A stretch of 64,000 nt of DNA, taken from an uncultured Spirochaetota bacterium. Lineage in GTDB: Bacteria > Spirochaetota > Spirochaetia > SZUA-6 > Fen-1364. The stretch lies in contig CAWGAA010000003.1 in assembly GCA_963820525.1 (NCBI GenBank), positions 864,001 through 928,000 on the forward strand, read 5' to 3'. Under the pieces are notes generated by a model. That model made no database searches. It was not told the DNA's origin and saw only the letters and a list, made by a program, of their open reading frames with translations. Below, in pieces: positions 50,520 to 60,834 of this stretch (the first letter of the stretch is position 1; each line of letters starts with the position of its first letter). The position numbers were made by a program, and so were the translations under genes.

Positions 50520-50680
50520 GCCTTAGAGTAGCATAATGGGGTGCGACGAGGCCACGGCGCGCCGTGGCCTCGTAACGCCGCCCGTGCGTACAATTGGCTT
50601 GTCAACCGGCCGGTGCCTCCTATATAATGACCCTTCCATATCGTTCGTGTCGCGCAAACGCCAGGCAAAAAGGAGTGCAC

Positions 50681-52057
50681 ATGGCAGATAAAACTAACAA
50701 AGTTCTGGGGTATTTGCCGAGCGATGTGCCGCCCATCGGTTCAATGCTGAGCCTCGGCTTTCAACAGGTTCTTACCATGTTCCCGGCTACCGTAGTGGTT
50801 GCCATCCTTACAAAGTTCGACGTGGGTGTAACGCTGCTCACATCCGGGCTGGGTACGATCCTGGCTCTCCTGGTCTCGGGGCGCAGGATACCGATGTACT
50901 ACGGCTCGAGCTTCAGCTACATCAGCGTGGTCATCACCGCCATGAACGTGTACGCGAAGGAAGCCTTCTCCAACCCCAACATTTTCTACGTTCCCGAAGG
51001 GGTGAGAATCATCCAGGTCGGTATCATCGGGACGGCAGTGGTGGAAATCCTCGTCGGCCTTCTCATTATGAGGGTGGGCAAGCAAGCCCTCGACAAGGTC
51101 CTGCCACCGGTCATCACGGGCAGCGTGGCGGTGGTCATCGGTGTGGCCCTCGCGGGATCGGCCCTCGGGATGGCCTCGAACAACTGGCTCGTGGCCTTCA
51201 TAACCCTTGTCGTCACCGTCGGCTTCTCCGTGTACCTCCAGGGAAAAGGCCTTCTCGGAATGCTTCCCATCCTGTTGGGAGCCATCACGGGGTACGTCAT
51301 CTCGTGGATCTTCGGTCTGGTGAACTTCCATATTATTGCGGAAGCCGCCTGGGTTCGAGTGCCGGCCATCACCTTCCCTGCCTTTGGGGATCCCCGAGCC
51401 TGGGGTTCCATCTTGAGCATCGCCCTGATCGCCATCGCCACCATTCCCGAGAGCACGGCGCACCTCTACCAGATGAGTCTCTACATCGACGCCCTTGCGA
51501 AGGAGCTGGGAAAACCGGTGATAGAGATCAAGAAGCTGATCGGCCTCAATCTGGTTGCCGACGGCTCCGATGATCTCGTGGTGGGACTCCTCGGCGGATG
51601 CGCCGGCACCAACTACGGCGAGAACAACAGCCTCATGGCCATCACGCGCAACTACTCGGTACCGGTGCTGTTCTGCGCGGGGATCATAGCGATCCTGCTC
51701 GGCTTCATCGGCAAGCTCGCCGCCGCGGTGAACACGATCCCCGTTGCGGTGACCGGCGGTCTTGCCGTCTACCTGTTCGGCGTCATCGGCATGCAGGGCG
51801 TCGCCCTCATTCAATCGGAACGGGTCAACCTCTTCGAGCCCCGGCACCTGGCGGTGGGGGCCACGATCCTGATTCTGGGGATCGGCGGAAACCTTGCCCT
51901 CAAGGACGGGCTCTTCCCCTTCCCGATTCCGGTGATCTTCCCGAACGGCATCCCCGCTATCGTATTTTCAGCGATCGTGGGTATTCTCTTGAATCTGCTG
52001 TTCCTCATCCTGCCCGCATCCCTTTTCGGAGTGAAGGAGCGGGAAAACCTCATGTAG
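50681..52057 (+). CDS. NCS2 uracil/xanthine permease (UraA-like)
   Basis: YYGSSFSY, LPPVITGSV, IPESTAH, TNYGEN signature, LFGVIG; RBS AGGAG. Confidence 0.9.
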   Translation: MADKTNKVLGYLPSDVPPIGSMLSLGFQQVLTMFPATVVVAILTKFDVGVTLLTSGLGTILALLVSGRRIPMYYGSSFSYISVVITAMNVYAKEAFSNPNIFYVPEGVRIIQVGIIGTAVVEILVGLLIMRVGKQALDKVLPPVITGSVAVVIGVALAGSALGMASNNWLVAFITLVVTVGFSVYLQGKGLLGMLPILLGAITGYVISWIFGLVNFHIIAEAAWVRVPAITFPAFGDPRAWGSILSIALIAIATIPESTAHLYQMSLYIDALAKELGKPVIEIKKLIGLNLVADGSDDLVVGLLGGCAGTNYGENNSLMAITRNYSVPVLFCAGIIAILLGFIGKLAAAVNTIPVAVTGGLAVYLFGVIGMQGVALIQSERVNLFEPRHLAVGATILILGIGGNLALKDGLFPFPIPVIFPNGIPAIVFSAIVGILLNLLFLILPASLFGVKERENLM

Positions 52058-52078
52058 GCCGGGCGAAAAGCGCGCACG

Positions 52079-52110
52079 AAAAAGGCCGCCCCGCAAGGGC
52101 GGCCTTTTTT
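52079..52110. terminator. bidirectional rho-independent terminator
   Basis: AAAAAGGCCGCCC-CGCAA-GGGCGGCCTTTTTT between convergent genes. Confidence 0.9.
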
Positions 52111-52699
52111 ATGTCGGCTGTTCTTTCAGGAGCGCCCGGGAGAGATCCGCGAGGGGATATATCTGCCCGCTTTCAGGGTCGAAAACGTTTCCATCGTTTC
52201 CACAATAGTAGAGCTTCATCCACTTCTCGACAGCTCCCCGGATCCGCTGCCCGGCCTTGGCCTCCTTCTCCCGCTCCTGGCGGTAGCGGCGAAGGATAAA
52301 GCGCCTCCCCACGAGGTATGCCGCGAGAGCGAGTGCGAGCACCCCCTCCGCGGGGACGAGACCCCACGGCTGGCTGCGGAGCATCTGGAAGAGCACGAGT
52401 CCCGAAATTGCGGCGAACCCAAGAACCACGGCATCGGGGTGAAGCAGTCGCGTGACCTTGCTTTCGCCCGAGGGAGGAGCGGCCATTCGCGCGATTTCGC
52501 GGTAGTAGCGGGAACGGCCGAAGAGGCGGGTTTTCTGCCCTTCGCCCCTCTGCAGAAAGGAAAGGGATTGAGGAATGGGCTGTTCGGGATGGGCGATTAT
52601 CGAGAGGGCATCGAAGTAGATTCTGCTGAGCTTCGCGACCCGATCCCGTCCGCCGCAGGAGGCGCAGGGAGGGATCTGCTCTTTCGCCTGATCGCTCAA
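52109..52699 (-). CDS. hypothetical membrane protein with Cys motifs
   Basis: N-terminal CASCG, two TM segments, W.KLYYC..D..VFDP. Confidence 0.6.
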   Translation of the reverse strand: MSDQAKEQIPPCASCGGRDRVAKLSRIYFDALSIIAHPEQPIPQSLSFLQRGEGQKTRLFGRSRYYREIARMAAPPSGESKVTRLLHPDAVVLGFAAISGLVLFQMLRSQPWGLVPAEGVLALALAAYLVGRRFILRRYRQEREKEAKAGQRIRGAVEKWMKLYYCGNDGNVFDPESGQIYPLADLSRALLKEQPT

Positions 52700-52711
52700 T
52701 GCCGGACCCTG

Positions 52712-52969
52712 CTACACCGCGAAGCTCAGGACGACGAATCCCAGGGTGACCGGAATCCACCAGTAGGTCTTCAGCAAGGGGGATAGGTTCAGGGCTATAA
52801 AAAGGGCTCCCGCGCAGACTAAAACGATGCCGAGCGCGAGGAAAGTCCAGTTCTTGATCGGATTGGATTTCGTCTCGGAGCGTGCTATGCGGCGCTGCGC
52901 CAAGGTCAGGCGGGTGTAGAATATCAGGGCTCCGATAATGGCTGCCACGATTCCGATATCGAGCTTCAT
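52712..52969 (-). CDS. small hypothetical membrane protein
   Basis: Three hydrophobic segments from MKLDIG; RBS GGGAG. Confidence 0.55.
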   Translation of the reverse strand: MKLDIGIVAAIIGALIFYTRLTLAQRRIARSETKSNPIKNWTFLALGIVLVCAGALFIALNLSPLLKTYWWIPVTLGFVVLSFAV

Positions 52970-52999
52970 GCGGCTCCCTATGTACCACAAAAACACCCA

Positions 53000-53875
53000 T
53001 CACGCAACCGTAAAGCCCGGACGCTCCCTCATCATCCAACAGAAACCCGCGAGGGAGTCGGTGCCTGACGTCTCCCCATGGGAACAGGCGGAATCGACCG
53101 CTTCCGCTATTTCATTCTCCGCTGTCGCGCCTGCAAGCCGCTCGACGAACACGCACAGATAGGAAGGGAAGCTTCCCCTCAGGGCCAGCCAGAGCAGCGT
53201 CCGCCCCGCGGGAGTCGTCCCGGGCAGGGAAGCCTCGATTCTCGCAATATCGATGTCGGGCGCGACAGATCCGTGGGCAAGACCGGCGGACCCGGCAAGG
53301 AGAACGCCGGCCAGGAAATCGTCTCCCGCAGGGGTCATACCGGGTCCAAGACCGACGAGCGCCGCCGGCCCACCCATAGCCAGAGCGCGCATCGCCTGCT
53401 TCACATACGCGTTTTGAAAATGCCCCGTGGAGAGCACGCCGAGCAATCCGCCTGGCTTTCCCCCGCGGGAAAGGGTCTGCTCCACGAGGAGTGCCTTCTC
53501 TCCTGAGACAAGGCGCACCGATTCAGGTCTGACAGCGCCTGACCATACTTCACTCAAGGGGAGCGTGATGGGCGCGAGCTCCGATATGAGCAGGCTCGCG
53601 TGTCTGCATACCGCCGGGCGGCCCACAAGAGCCTGGAGGCTTTGCCCGGCGAGCTGCGTGTGCTCGAACACGGACGCGGCGAGGATGCTCATGGCCGTCA
53701 TCGAGCCTACCGCTGCGACCAGGGAAACGAGAAGGCCGTCTTCGCGGACGATATTGAGCGCGCCCGGATGTACGGAGACGACCTTGCCTGACCATGGTCC
53801 GATACCGAGAAAAGCCCCTCGGACAAGGGCTCGATACGTCCGCTGCGGGAGCGCGACTGTCCTCAAATCCGTCAT
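53000..53875 (-). CDS. DUF2877 (YlbF/AllH-like) protein
   Basis: LVGLGPGMTPAGDDFLAG and GETSGTDSLAG signature motifs. Confidence 0.85.
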   Translation of the reverse strand: MTDLRTVALPQRTYRALVRGAFLGIGPWSGKVVSVHPGALNIVREDGLLVSLVAAVGSMTAMSILAASVFEHTQLAGQSLQALVGRPAVCRHASLLISELAPITLPLSEVWSGAVRPESVRLVSGEKALLVEQTLSRGGKPGGLLGVLSTGHFQNAYVKQAMRALAMGGPAALVGLGPGMTPAGDDFLAGVLLAGSAGLAHGSVAPDIDIARIEASLPGTTPAGRTLLWLALRGSFPSYLCVFVERLAGATAENEIAEAVDSACSHGETSGTDSLAGFCWMMRERPGFTVA

Positions 53876-54054
53876 TCGAATCCCTCGCAATAATACTGGT
53901 TGAGAATGGAAGACCGCAACCCTCACTCCACACAAAAATCCTTGCGTGATTAGTGCTTTGCATATATAATCATTTTTCCTCGCATGGGTTGCAGAAAAAA
54001 GTCAATCGCACACTACAGGCGCTTCGGTCCGCTACACCGCAAAGGAGGAAGTGG

Positions 54055-54894
54055 ATGATTCGATCCTGTGCATATGTCAAACCGCGCGGGTTGGATGAGG
54101 CGTTCGCGGCCCAGCGGCAGGAAGGAGCGCGGCTTCTCGCCGGAGGGACCGATCTTCTGGTCGACATGCGCAAGGGGCTCGAATCCGCCGGACTCCTCGT
54201 GGACACGAAGGGTCTCGAAGAGCTGGACGTGCTCACAATCCATTCGGGGCGGGACGCGACAATCGGCGGAAGGATCACCTTGGATGCCCTTATCGAGGAC
54301 GCGCGGATCCGCGAGATCTTTCCCGTCATCACGGACGCGGCCCAGACCGTCGCTACCTATCAGCTTCGAAACCGCGCGACCCTCGTCGGCAATATCTGTA
54401 ACGCCTCTCCCGCCGCCGACATGGCGCCCCCCCTCTACGTGCTCGCCGCCGAGGTCCTGATCGCCGGGCCCGGGGGCCGGCGGACACTACCGATTCGGGA
54501 GTTCATCACCGGCGTGAAGAAAACCGCGCTCGAGAAAACGGAGCTCGTCATCGGGGTGAAAATTCCGAACCCGGGCTCTGCGCGGACGGCCTTCATGAAG
54601 AAGCAAAGAATCCGGGGGCATGACCTCGCCTCCGTCAACGTCGCGGGGCTTGCGGACAAGGCGGCCGGGATCTTGAGGATCTGCGTAGGAGCCTGCGCCC
54701 CCACCCCGGTTCTCCTGGAGGGAACCGACGAGCTGTACCGCAAGGCCGGGGGGGTCGAAGCGCTGGCGGATCAGGTGGCCGCCCTCGCTCTGAAATCCAT
54801 TGCGCCCATAGACGACGTTCGCTCCTCCGCCGAGTACAGGCGGGACATGGTCCAGGTCTTCGTGAAGCGAATCGTGCGGGCGATCTGTTCCTGA
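54055..54894 (+). CDS. xanthine dehydrogenase family FAD-binding subunit
   Basis: LAGGTDL, QLRNRATLVGNICNASPAAD, PIDDVRSSAEYR. Confidence 0.92.
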   Translation: MIRSCAYVKPRGLDEAFAAQRQEGARLLAGGTDLLVDMRKGLESAGLLVDTKGLEELDVLTIHSGRDATIGGRITLDALIEDARIREIFPVITDAAQTVATYQLRNRATLVGNICNASPAADMAPPLYVLAAEVLIAGPGGRRTLPIREFITGVKKTALEKTELVIGVKIPNPGSARTAFMKKQRIRGHDLASVNVAGLADKAAGILRICVGACAPTPVLLEGTDELYRKAGGVEALADQVAALALKSIAPIDDVRSSAEYRRDMVQVFVKRIVRAICS

Positions 54895-54907
54895 GGAGGC
54901 GGACGAA

Positions 54908-55390
54908 ATGGCGGAATATCCAACAGCAATGCAGATTTCACTGACGGTGAACGGAGCGCGCTACACCGAAACCGTTCCCGCCAACATGACGCTATTGCAG
55001 TTCCTCAAGGAGAAGCTCCAACTGTCGGGAACCAAGGAAGGGTGCGGGATCGGGGAGTGCGGGGCGTGCACCGTCATCATGGACGGCAAGCCCGTGGACT
55101 CCTGCCTCGTGCTCGCCGCGGAGGCGGACGGATCCGCCATCCGGACCATCGAGGGGGAAGCGAAGAACGGAGAGCTCTCCGAGCTTCAGAAGGCCTTCCT
55201 CGAGCACGGCGCCGTGCAGTGCGGTTTCTGCACGCCGGGCATGATCATGGCGGCCCAGAGCCTCCTCGAGCACAATCCGAATCCGTCGCGCGAACAGATC
55301 GTGGAATCGATCGCGGGCAACCTCTGCAGGTGCACCGGCTACGAGCCCGTCGTGCGGGCCATCGAAGCCGTGGCGAAGAAGCGGGGATGA
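54908..55390 (+). CDS. xanthine dehydrogenase family 2Fe-2S subunit
   Basis: GTKEGCGIGECGACTV, QCGFCTPG, GNLCRCTGY. Confidence 0.95.
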   Translation: MAEYPTAMQISLTVNGARYTETVPANMTLLQFLKEKLQLSGTKEGCGIGECGACTVIMDGKPVDSCLVLAAEADGSAIRTIEGEAKNGELSELQKAFLEHGAVQCGFCTPGMIMAAQSLLEHNPNPSREQIVESIAGNLCRCTGYEPVVRAIEAVAKKRG

Positions 55391-55401
55391 GGGAGGCGGG
55401 C

Positions 55402-57777
55402 ATGGGCAGCGAGGAAAAAGAATATACGTATATCGGGAAGGGAATCCCCCGCAAAGACGGCGTCGAGAAGGTGACGGGGAGCGCGCTCTTCACCCACGAC
55501 ATGGTTGTCCAGGGGATGCTCTACGCCAAGACCGTCGTCTCCCCGCACGCATCGGCGCGCATCACGCGCATCGACACGAGCGGTGCGGAAAACATTCCCG
55601 GCGTCCGCGCCGTCCTTACGGGAAAAGAGCTTGCGTACAAGGTCGGGCTCTACATGGTGGACAAGGACATCCTGGCAAAGGAGTTCGTCCGTTACCAGGG
55701 GGAGCCGGTGGCAGCGGTTGCGGCAGACTCCGAGCTCATCGCAGAGGAGGCATGCCGGAGGATCAGGATCGAATACAAGGTCATGAAAGCGGTGCTCGAC
55801 CCGAGGGAGGCCATGAAGCCAGGCGCGCCTCTGGTCCACCCCGATCTGGGCAGCTACGCCTGCATGAAGGGCGTCTTTTTCCCGCGCGCGGGAACGAACA
55901 TCCCGCACCTCCAGAAGATCAGGAAGGGAGACGTGGAGGAAGGCTTCAAGAAGGCGGATTCCGTTTTCGAAAACTCCTTCTACAACCCGCCGGTCCAGCA
56001 CGTTGCGCTGGAGACCCATGTCAGCATCGTGCAGGCCCTTCCGGGCGACAAAGTGATCGTTTGGAGCTCCGCGCAGTCCCCGTTCACGGTGAGAAGTCTC
56101 TTCTCCCTCTGCTTTGGAATACCCCTGGAGAACATCCGGGTCAAAGTCCCTTACGTCGGCGGCGGATTCGGCGGGAAAGCGGGGATCCACCTCGAGCCGC
56201 TCTGCTACGTGCTTTCCAAAAAGGCGGGGGGAAGACCGGTGAAGCTCACCATGACGCGGGAGGAGGAGTTCAACACCATGCCCTCGCGCCAGGGCCTGTT
56301 CTCACAGTTCAAGACGGGCGTGACAAAGGAGGGGAAGCTCACAGCGCTGGAGGTGACCTACTATTGGGACGCCGGAGCATACGCGGATTACGGGGTCAAT
56401 ATCGGGCGGGCCGGCGCATACGCGGGCGCCGGGCCGTACGAGCTTCCGGCCTGTAAAATAGACTCCTACATCGTGTACACGAACAAGGTGTTCGGCACCG
56501 CGTATCGCGGGTTCGGCCACCTCGAGGTTCTCTGGGGCATCGAGCGGAACATGGACATCATTGCGCGGCAGCTCAAGATGGATCCCGTGGAGTTCCGTCT
56601 GAAGAACGTCCTCAGGCCGGGGGCCACCACGATCACGGGAGAGAAGATCCGTGACTACTACGGGAAGGTGGACAAGTGCCTGGAGGCGGTGGCCCGGGAG
56701 ATCGGGTGGCACGGACCGAAGAGCGATGAGGAAAGGCGGCAGGGGAGGAAAAGCGGCAAGGCTCGCGGAATCGGCGTGGCCCTGCTCCACAAGGCCCCCG
56801 CCATGCCCACCTTCACCTCGTGCGCCGTGGTATTGAAGTTCAATGAGAACGGATCTGTGGACCTTCTCACCTCTCTGGTGGACTTCGGACAGGGCACCTA
56901 CACGGCGCTGGCCCAGATCGCGGCAGAAGAGCTCAAGATTCCCGTGGAGAAGGTCAACGTTCCATGGGATAGCGACACCTCCTTCACGCCGTACGACTGG
57001 CAAACCGTGGCGAGCAAGGGGTCCTTCATGGCGGGAAACGCGACCATTCTCGCCGCGGCCGATTGCATTACCCAGATCAAGCAGACCGCCGCGCAGGTGC
57101 TGCGCTGCACTCCGGAAGAGCTGGAATGCAAGGACGAGCGGGTGTTCCTCCGTCACAATCATGAGGCCTTCCTTTCGTACCGGCAGGTCATCACGGGGTA
57201 CACGTACCCTAATGGCAACTCCATCGGCGGACCCGTCATCGGCAGGGGAAACTACATCGCCCAGGGCCTCACGAACCTGGACCCGGAAACAGGCCAGGGG
57301 CTGCCCGCCCTTGACTGGACCTACGGGGCGCACGCGGTGGAGCTCGAGGTGGACACGGAAACCGGGGAGATCGAGCTTTTAAAAATATGCTCGGCGTTCG
57401 ACGCGGGCAAGGTCCTCAACAGCGACATCGTGAAGGGCCAGATCATCGGCGGGGTGGTCCAGGGCCTGGGAAGCGCGATGATCGAGGAGTTCCGCTTCGA
57501 CGGCGAAGGCCGCTTCCTGAATCCCACTTTTGTCGACTACAAGATTTTCACCTCCAAGGACATCCCCCGGGAGATGACCCAGACGATAATCGAGACGGCC
57601 CAGGTGGACGGACCCTATGGGGCGCGCGGAGTGGCGGAGCATCCTATGATCTCGGTCCCCTCGGCCGTGGGCAATGCCCTCTACGACGCGCTGGGCATCG
57701 ATTTCTTCCGCCTGCCCCTGAGCTCCGAGCGGGTCTATTTGGGGCTCAAGAGCGGGGAAAAGGAATTTCACGAGTAA
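55402..57777 (+). CDS. xanthine dehydrogenase family molybdopterin-binding subunit
   Basis: KVTGSA, VRYQGEPVA, GGGFGGK, AYRGFG, FGQG, GQIIGGVVQGLG, GPYGARGVAE. Confidence 0.93.
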   Translation: MGSEEKEYTYIGKGIPRKDGVEKVTGSALFTHDMVVQGMLYAKTVVSPHASARITRIDTSGAENIPGVRAVLTGKELAYKVGLYMVDKDILAKEFVRYQGEPVAAVAADSELIAEEACRRIRIEYKVMKAVLDPREAMKPGAPLVHPDLGSYACMKGVFFPRAGTNIPHLQKIRKGDVEEGFKKADSVFENSFYNPPVQHVALETHVSIVQALPGDKVIVWSSAQSPFTVRSLFSLCFGIPLENIRVKVPYVGGGFGGKAGIHLEPLCYVLSKKAGGRPVKLTMTREEEFNTMPSRQGLFSQFKTGVTKEGKLTALEVTYYWDAGAYADYGVNIGRAGAYAGAGPYELPACKIDSYIVYTNKVFGTAYRGFGHLEVLWGIERNMDIIARQLKMDPVEFRLKNVLRPGATTITGEKIRDYYGKVDKCLEAVAREIGWHGPKSDEERRQGRKSGKARGIGVALLHKAPAMPTFTSCAVVLKFNENGSVDLLTSLVDFGQGTYTALAQIAAEELKIPVEKVNVPWDSDTSFTPYDWQTVASKGSFMAGNATILAAADCITQIKQTAAQVLRCTPEELECKDERVFLRHNHEAFLSYRQVITGYTYPNGNSIGGPVIGRGNYIAQGLTNLDPETGQGLPALDWTYGAHAVELEVDTETGEIELLKICSAFDAGKVLNSDIVKGQIIGGVVQGLGSAMIEEFRFDGEGRFLNPTFVDYKIFTSKDIPREMTQTIIETAQVDGPYGARGVAEHPMISVPSAVGNALYDALGIDFFRLPLSSERVYLGLKSGEKEFHE

Positions 57778-57783
57778 AGCCGG

Positions 57784-59349
57784 ATGGAGGACCAGGTGAA
57801 AAAGGTATTCGTGGAGAAGGACTCGTACCACGATTCGGTCTTCCTCATGCTGACAAGCAAAGAGGTCAAGGGTTTCCACGGGGTCAGCGAGGCGGTCGTC
57901 GTCATGGCCACCGAAATGAATCTCGATCTCCTGTCAAGGTTGGGATTCGCCGCCTCCGAAACCGAGGGCGCGACGCCGAACGACCTTGTCATCGGGGTGA
58001 TCGGGGATTCAGAGGAGACGGTGTCCGGTGCGATTCTTGCCGCCCGGCAACTGCTCGGTCGGAAAAGGAGCGAGACCGCTGGAAAGGGCGAGCGTCGTCC
58101 CGCGAGTCTCGATGCGGCGCTCCGCGAGGTACCGGAGGCGAACCTCGCCGTCATCTCGCTCCCCGGAGAGTATGCGGCCCGAGAAGCTTACAAGGCCCTT
58201 CGAAGGGGCCTTCACGTGATGCTCTTTTCTGACAATGTATCCATCGAGGATGAGATACGCCTGAAGAAGCTGGCTTGCGAAGAGGGCCTCCTGGTCATGG
58301 GGCCCGACTGTGGAACGGCGATACTCAACGGAAAACCGATCTGCTTCGCGAACGTGGTCCGGCGCGGAAACATCGGCGTCGTGGCTGCGGCGGGAACCGG
58401 CCTCCAGGAGATCACCTGCTGCATCGACAGGCTCGGGGGCGGGATCTCGCAGGCGATCGGAACGGGCGGCCGGGATTGCGCCGACGTCAGGGTGGGCGGC
58501 GCGACCATGCTGATGGGCATCGAGGCCCTGTCGAGAGATCCCGGCACCGCAGTGATCGCGGTCGTCTCCAAACCCCCGGCCGCGGAGGTCGCCGAGAGGG
58601 TCCTCGAAGCACTGGGCCGGTCGGGCAAACCGAGCGTGGTCGATTTCATCGGGATGAGAGGGCGCAAGGGAACCGAGACCCTCTCCTTTGCGGAAAGCCT
58701 GGAAGAGGCGGCGGGCATGGCCGTGGCATCCTCCTCGGGAAAAGCCTACACGCCTCACACATTCGATCTCTCCAAGACTGAGGTCGCGCGCCTGATCCGC
58801 AGGGAGACTTCATCGATGGCGAAGAGCCAGAGGTTCCTTCGAGGGTTGTTCACGGGAGGCACGCTGGCCGACGAGGCGCTGTACCTCCTCGATGAGGAGC
58901 TGGGCGGGATCCATTCCAACGTTCAGAAGAAGAAGGCCTTGATTCTGAAAGACCCCCGCTCCTCGCGGGGGCACACCATCGTGGACCTCGGCGACGACGC
59001 GTTCACCGTGGGCCGTCCCCACCCCATGATCGATCCATCGCTGCGCGAAGAACGCATCGCGAGGGAGGCCGAAGACCCCGAGGTTGCAGTCCTGCTGCTC
59101 GACGTCGTGCTCGGCTACGGTTCCCACCCGAATCCGGCAGGAGCCGTGATCGAGTGCGTGAAAAAGGCGAAGTCCGCGGCGGCATCTCGAGGCGGATACC
59201 TCGCCGTCATCGCATCGATCACCGGCACCGCGGGGGATTTCCAGGACATGGCCGCCCAAAGGCTGATTCTGGAACAAGCGGGATGCGTGGTCATGCCCTC
59301 GAACTGCCAGGCCGCGATGCTCAGCCTGAAGATCCTCACGGGAAGGTGA
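57784..59349 (+). CDS. fdrA: FdrA family (succinyl-CoA-synthetase-like; AllF-like) protein
   Basis: YHDSVFLM, VMLFSDNV, LVMGPDCGT, IGTGGRD, RGLFTGGTL, DLGDDAFTVGRPHPMIDP. Confidence 0.9.
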   Translation: MEDQVKKVFVEKDSYHDSVFLMLTSKEVKGFHGVSEAVVVMATEMNLDLLSRLGFAASETEGATPNDLVIGVIGDSEETVSGAILAARQLLGRKRSETAGKGERRPASLDAALREVPEANLAVISLPGEYAAREAYKALRRGLHVMLFSDNVSIEDEIRLKKLACEEGLLVMGPDCGTAILNGKPICFANVVRRGNIGVVAAAGTGLQEITCCIDRLGGGISQAIGTGGRDCADVRVGGATMLMGIEALSRDPGTAVIAVVSKPPAAEVAERVLEALGRSGKPSVVDFIGMRGRKGTETLSFAESLEEAAGMAVASSSGKAYTPHTFDLSKTEVARLIRRETSSMAKSQRFLRGLFTGGTLADEALYLLDEELGGIHSNVQKKKALILKDPRSSRGHTIVDLGDDAFTVGRPHPMIDPSLREERIAREAEDPEVAVLLLDVVLGYGSHPNPAGAVIECVKKAKSAAASRGGYLAVIASITGTAGDFQDMAAQRLILEQAGCVVMPSNCQAAMLSLKILTGR

Positions 59350-59356
59350 TGCTGCT

Positions 59357-60784
59357 ATGAACGTCGGGAAGGTCAACGAGCTGTTCCGTAGCGGGCTGTC
59401 CGTGGTCAACATGGGACTGGACGGGTTCGCGGAGGATCTCGCGCGCCAGGGGGTTCGGGTGGTCAGGGTCGACTGGAAGCCGCCTGCGGGAGGGAACAGG
59501 CGCATCGCGGAGATTCTTTTGCGGCTCGATGCGGGCGCGAGCGCGGACATCCGTTCGGCGAACGAGGAGGCGGCGGGGCGCATCCTGAAAGGCAGGCCGA
59601 CGCTGATCGACATCGGCCGTGCCCTCGATGTCATCCCCGCAATGAGCAGGAAGACCGTTCTTCACGCGGGACCGCCGGTGAGCTGGCAGCGGATGTGCGG
59701 CCCCATGAAGGGAGCCGTCATCGGGGGGCTCCTCTACGAAGGGCTCGCGTCCACGCGGGAAGAGGCCGAGAGACTGGCCTCCTCCGGCGGGATCGAGCTC
59801 AGCCCGTGCCACCATCACTCCAGCGTCGGTCCCATGGCCGGGGTCGTGACGGCCGGCATGCCCGTGTGGGTGATGGAGAACAGGACCTACGGAAACCGGG
59901 CCTACTGTACGTTGAACGAGGGGTTGGGCAGGGCCCTCCGCTATGGGGCATTTTCCGAGGAGGTGATCGCGCGGTTGAAGTGGATGGAAACCGAGCTCGC
60001 CCCCATTCTCAAGAAGGCGCTGGCTCTCCACGGCGAGCTCGACATGAAGAACCTGATCGCGCAGGTGCTCCAGATGGGAGACGAAGGCCACAACAGAAAC
60101 CGGGCGGGCACGTCCCTGTTCATCCGCGAGATGGCCCCCCATCTGGCGATGCTGGGCGAGGATCCCGAGAAGATCGCACGGGTGTTCAGGTTCATGAACG
60201 GCAACGATCACTTCTTCCTCAACCTCTCGATGCCGTCCTGCAAGTGCACGGCGGACGCGGCGGCGAACATCCCCGGCAGCTCCGTGATCGTGACCATGGC
60301 GAGGAACGGCACCGACTTCGGAATCCGCGTATCCGGACTGGGAGATGAGTGGTTCACCGGCCCGGCCTCGATGGTGGACGGCCTCTACCTTCCCGGCTTC
60401 ACCGCCGCCGACGCGGCGCCCGACATTGGGGATTCCGTGATCACCGAGACCTGCGGGATCGGGGGTTTCGCCATGGCAGCGGCGCCCGCCATCGTCAAGT
60501 TCGTCGGGGGAAAACCCGAGGATGCCCTGAACATCACGCGCCGCATGTACGAGATCACCCTCACGGAGAACGACACCTATCGGATCCCCGCGCTGGATTT
60601 CCGCGGCACTCCCACGGCCATCGACCTGCTGAAGGTGGTGGAAACCGGCATCCTTCCCGCCATCAACACGGGGATCGCGCACAAGGAACCGGGGATCGGC
60701 ATGGTGGGCGCCGGGCTGGTGAAGCCCCCCGTGAAGTGTTTCCACGACGCCGTAGAGGCGTTTGCCCGGAGATACGCCCGATAG
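59357..60784 (+). CDS. DUF1116 (YlbE/AllG-like) protein
   Basis: VDWKPPAGG, LHAGPP, PCHHH..VGPMAG, MGDEGHNRN, MARNG, DIGDSVITE, INTGIAH. Confidence 0.9.
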   Translation: MNVGKVNELFRSGLSVVNMGLDGFAEDLARQGVRVVRVDWKPPAGGNRRIAEILLRLDAGASADIRSANEEAAGRILKGRPTLIDIGRALDVIPAMSRKTVLHAGPPVSWQRMCGPMKGAVIGGLLYEGLASTREEAERLASSGGIELSPCHHHSSVGPMAGVVTAGMPVWVMENRTYGNRAYCTLNEGLGRALRYGAFSEEVIARLKWMETELAPILKKALALHGELDMKNLIAQVLQMGDEGHNRNRAGTSLFIREMAPHLAMLGEDPEKIARVFRFMNGNDHFFLNLSMPSCKCTADAAANIPGSSVIVTMARNGTDFGIRVSGLGDEWFTGPASMVDGLYLPGFTAADAAPDIGDSVITETCGIGGFAMAAAPAIVKFVGGKPEDALNITRRMYEITLTENDTYRIPALDFRGTPTAIDLLKVVETGILPAINTGIAHKEPGIGMVGAGLVKPPVKCFHDAVEAFARRYAR

Positions 60785-60834
60785 GGGCGCCGGCGCCTCG
60801 CCCGGCGTCGGTCCCAAGAAAAGGAGGCAGCACA

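Noticed and set aside
54055..57777. Aerobic CO dehydrogenase (coxMSL)
   Set aside because: Active-site loop is AYRGFG rather than the form I AYxCSFR; context indicates heterocycle metabolism
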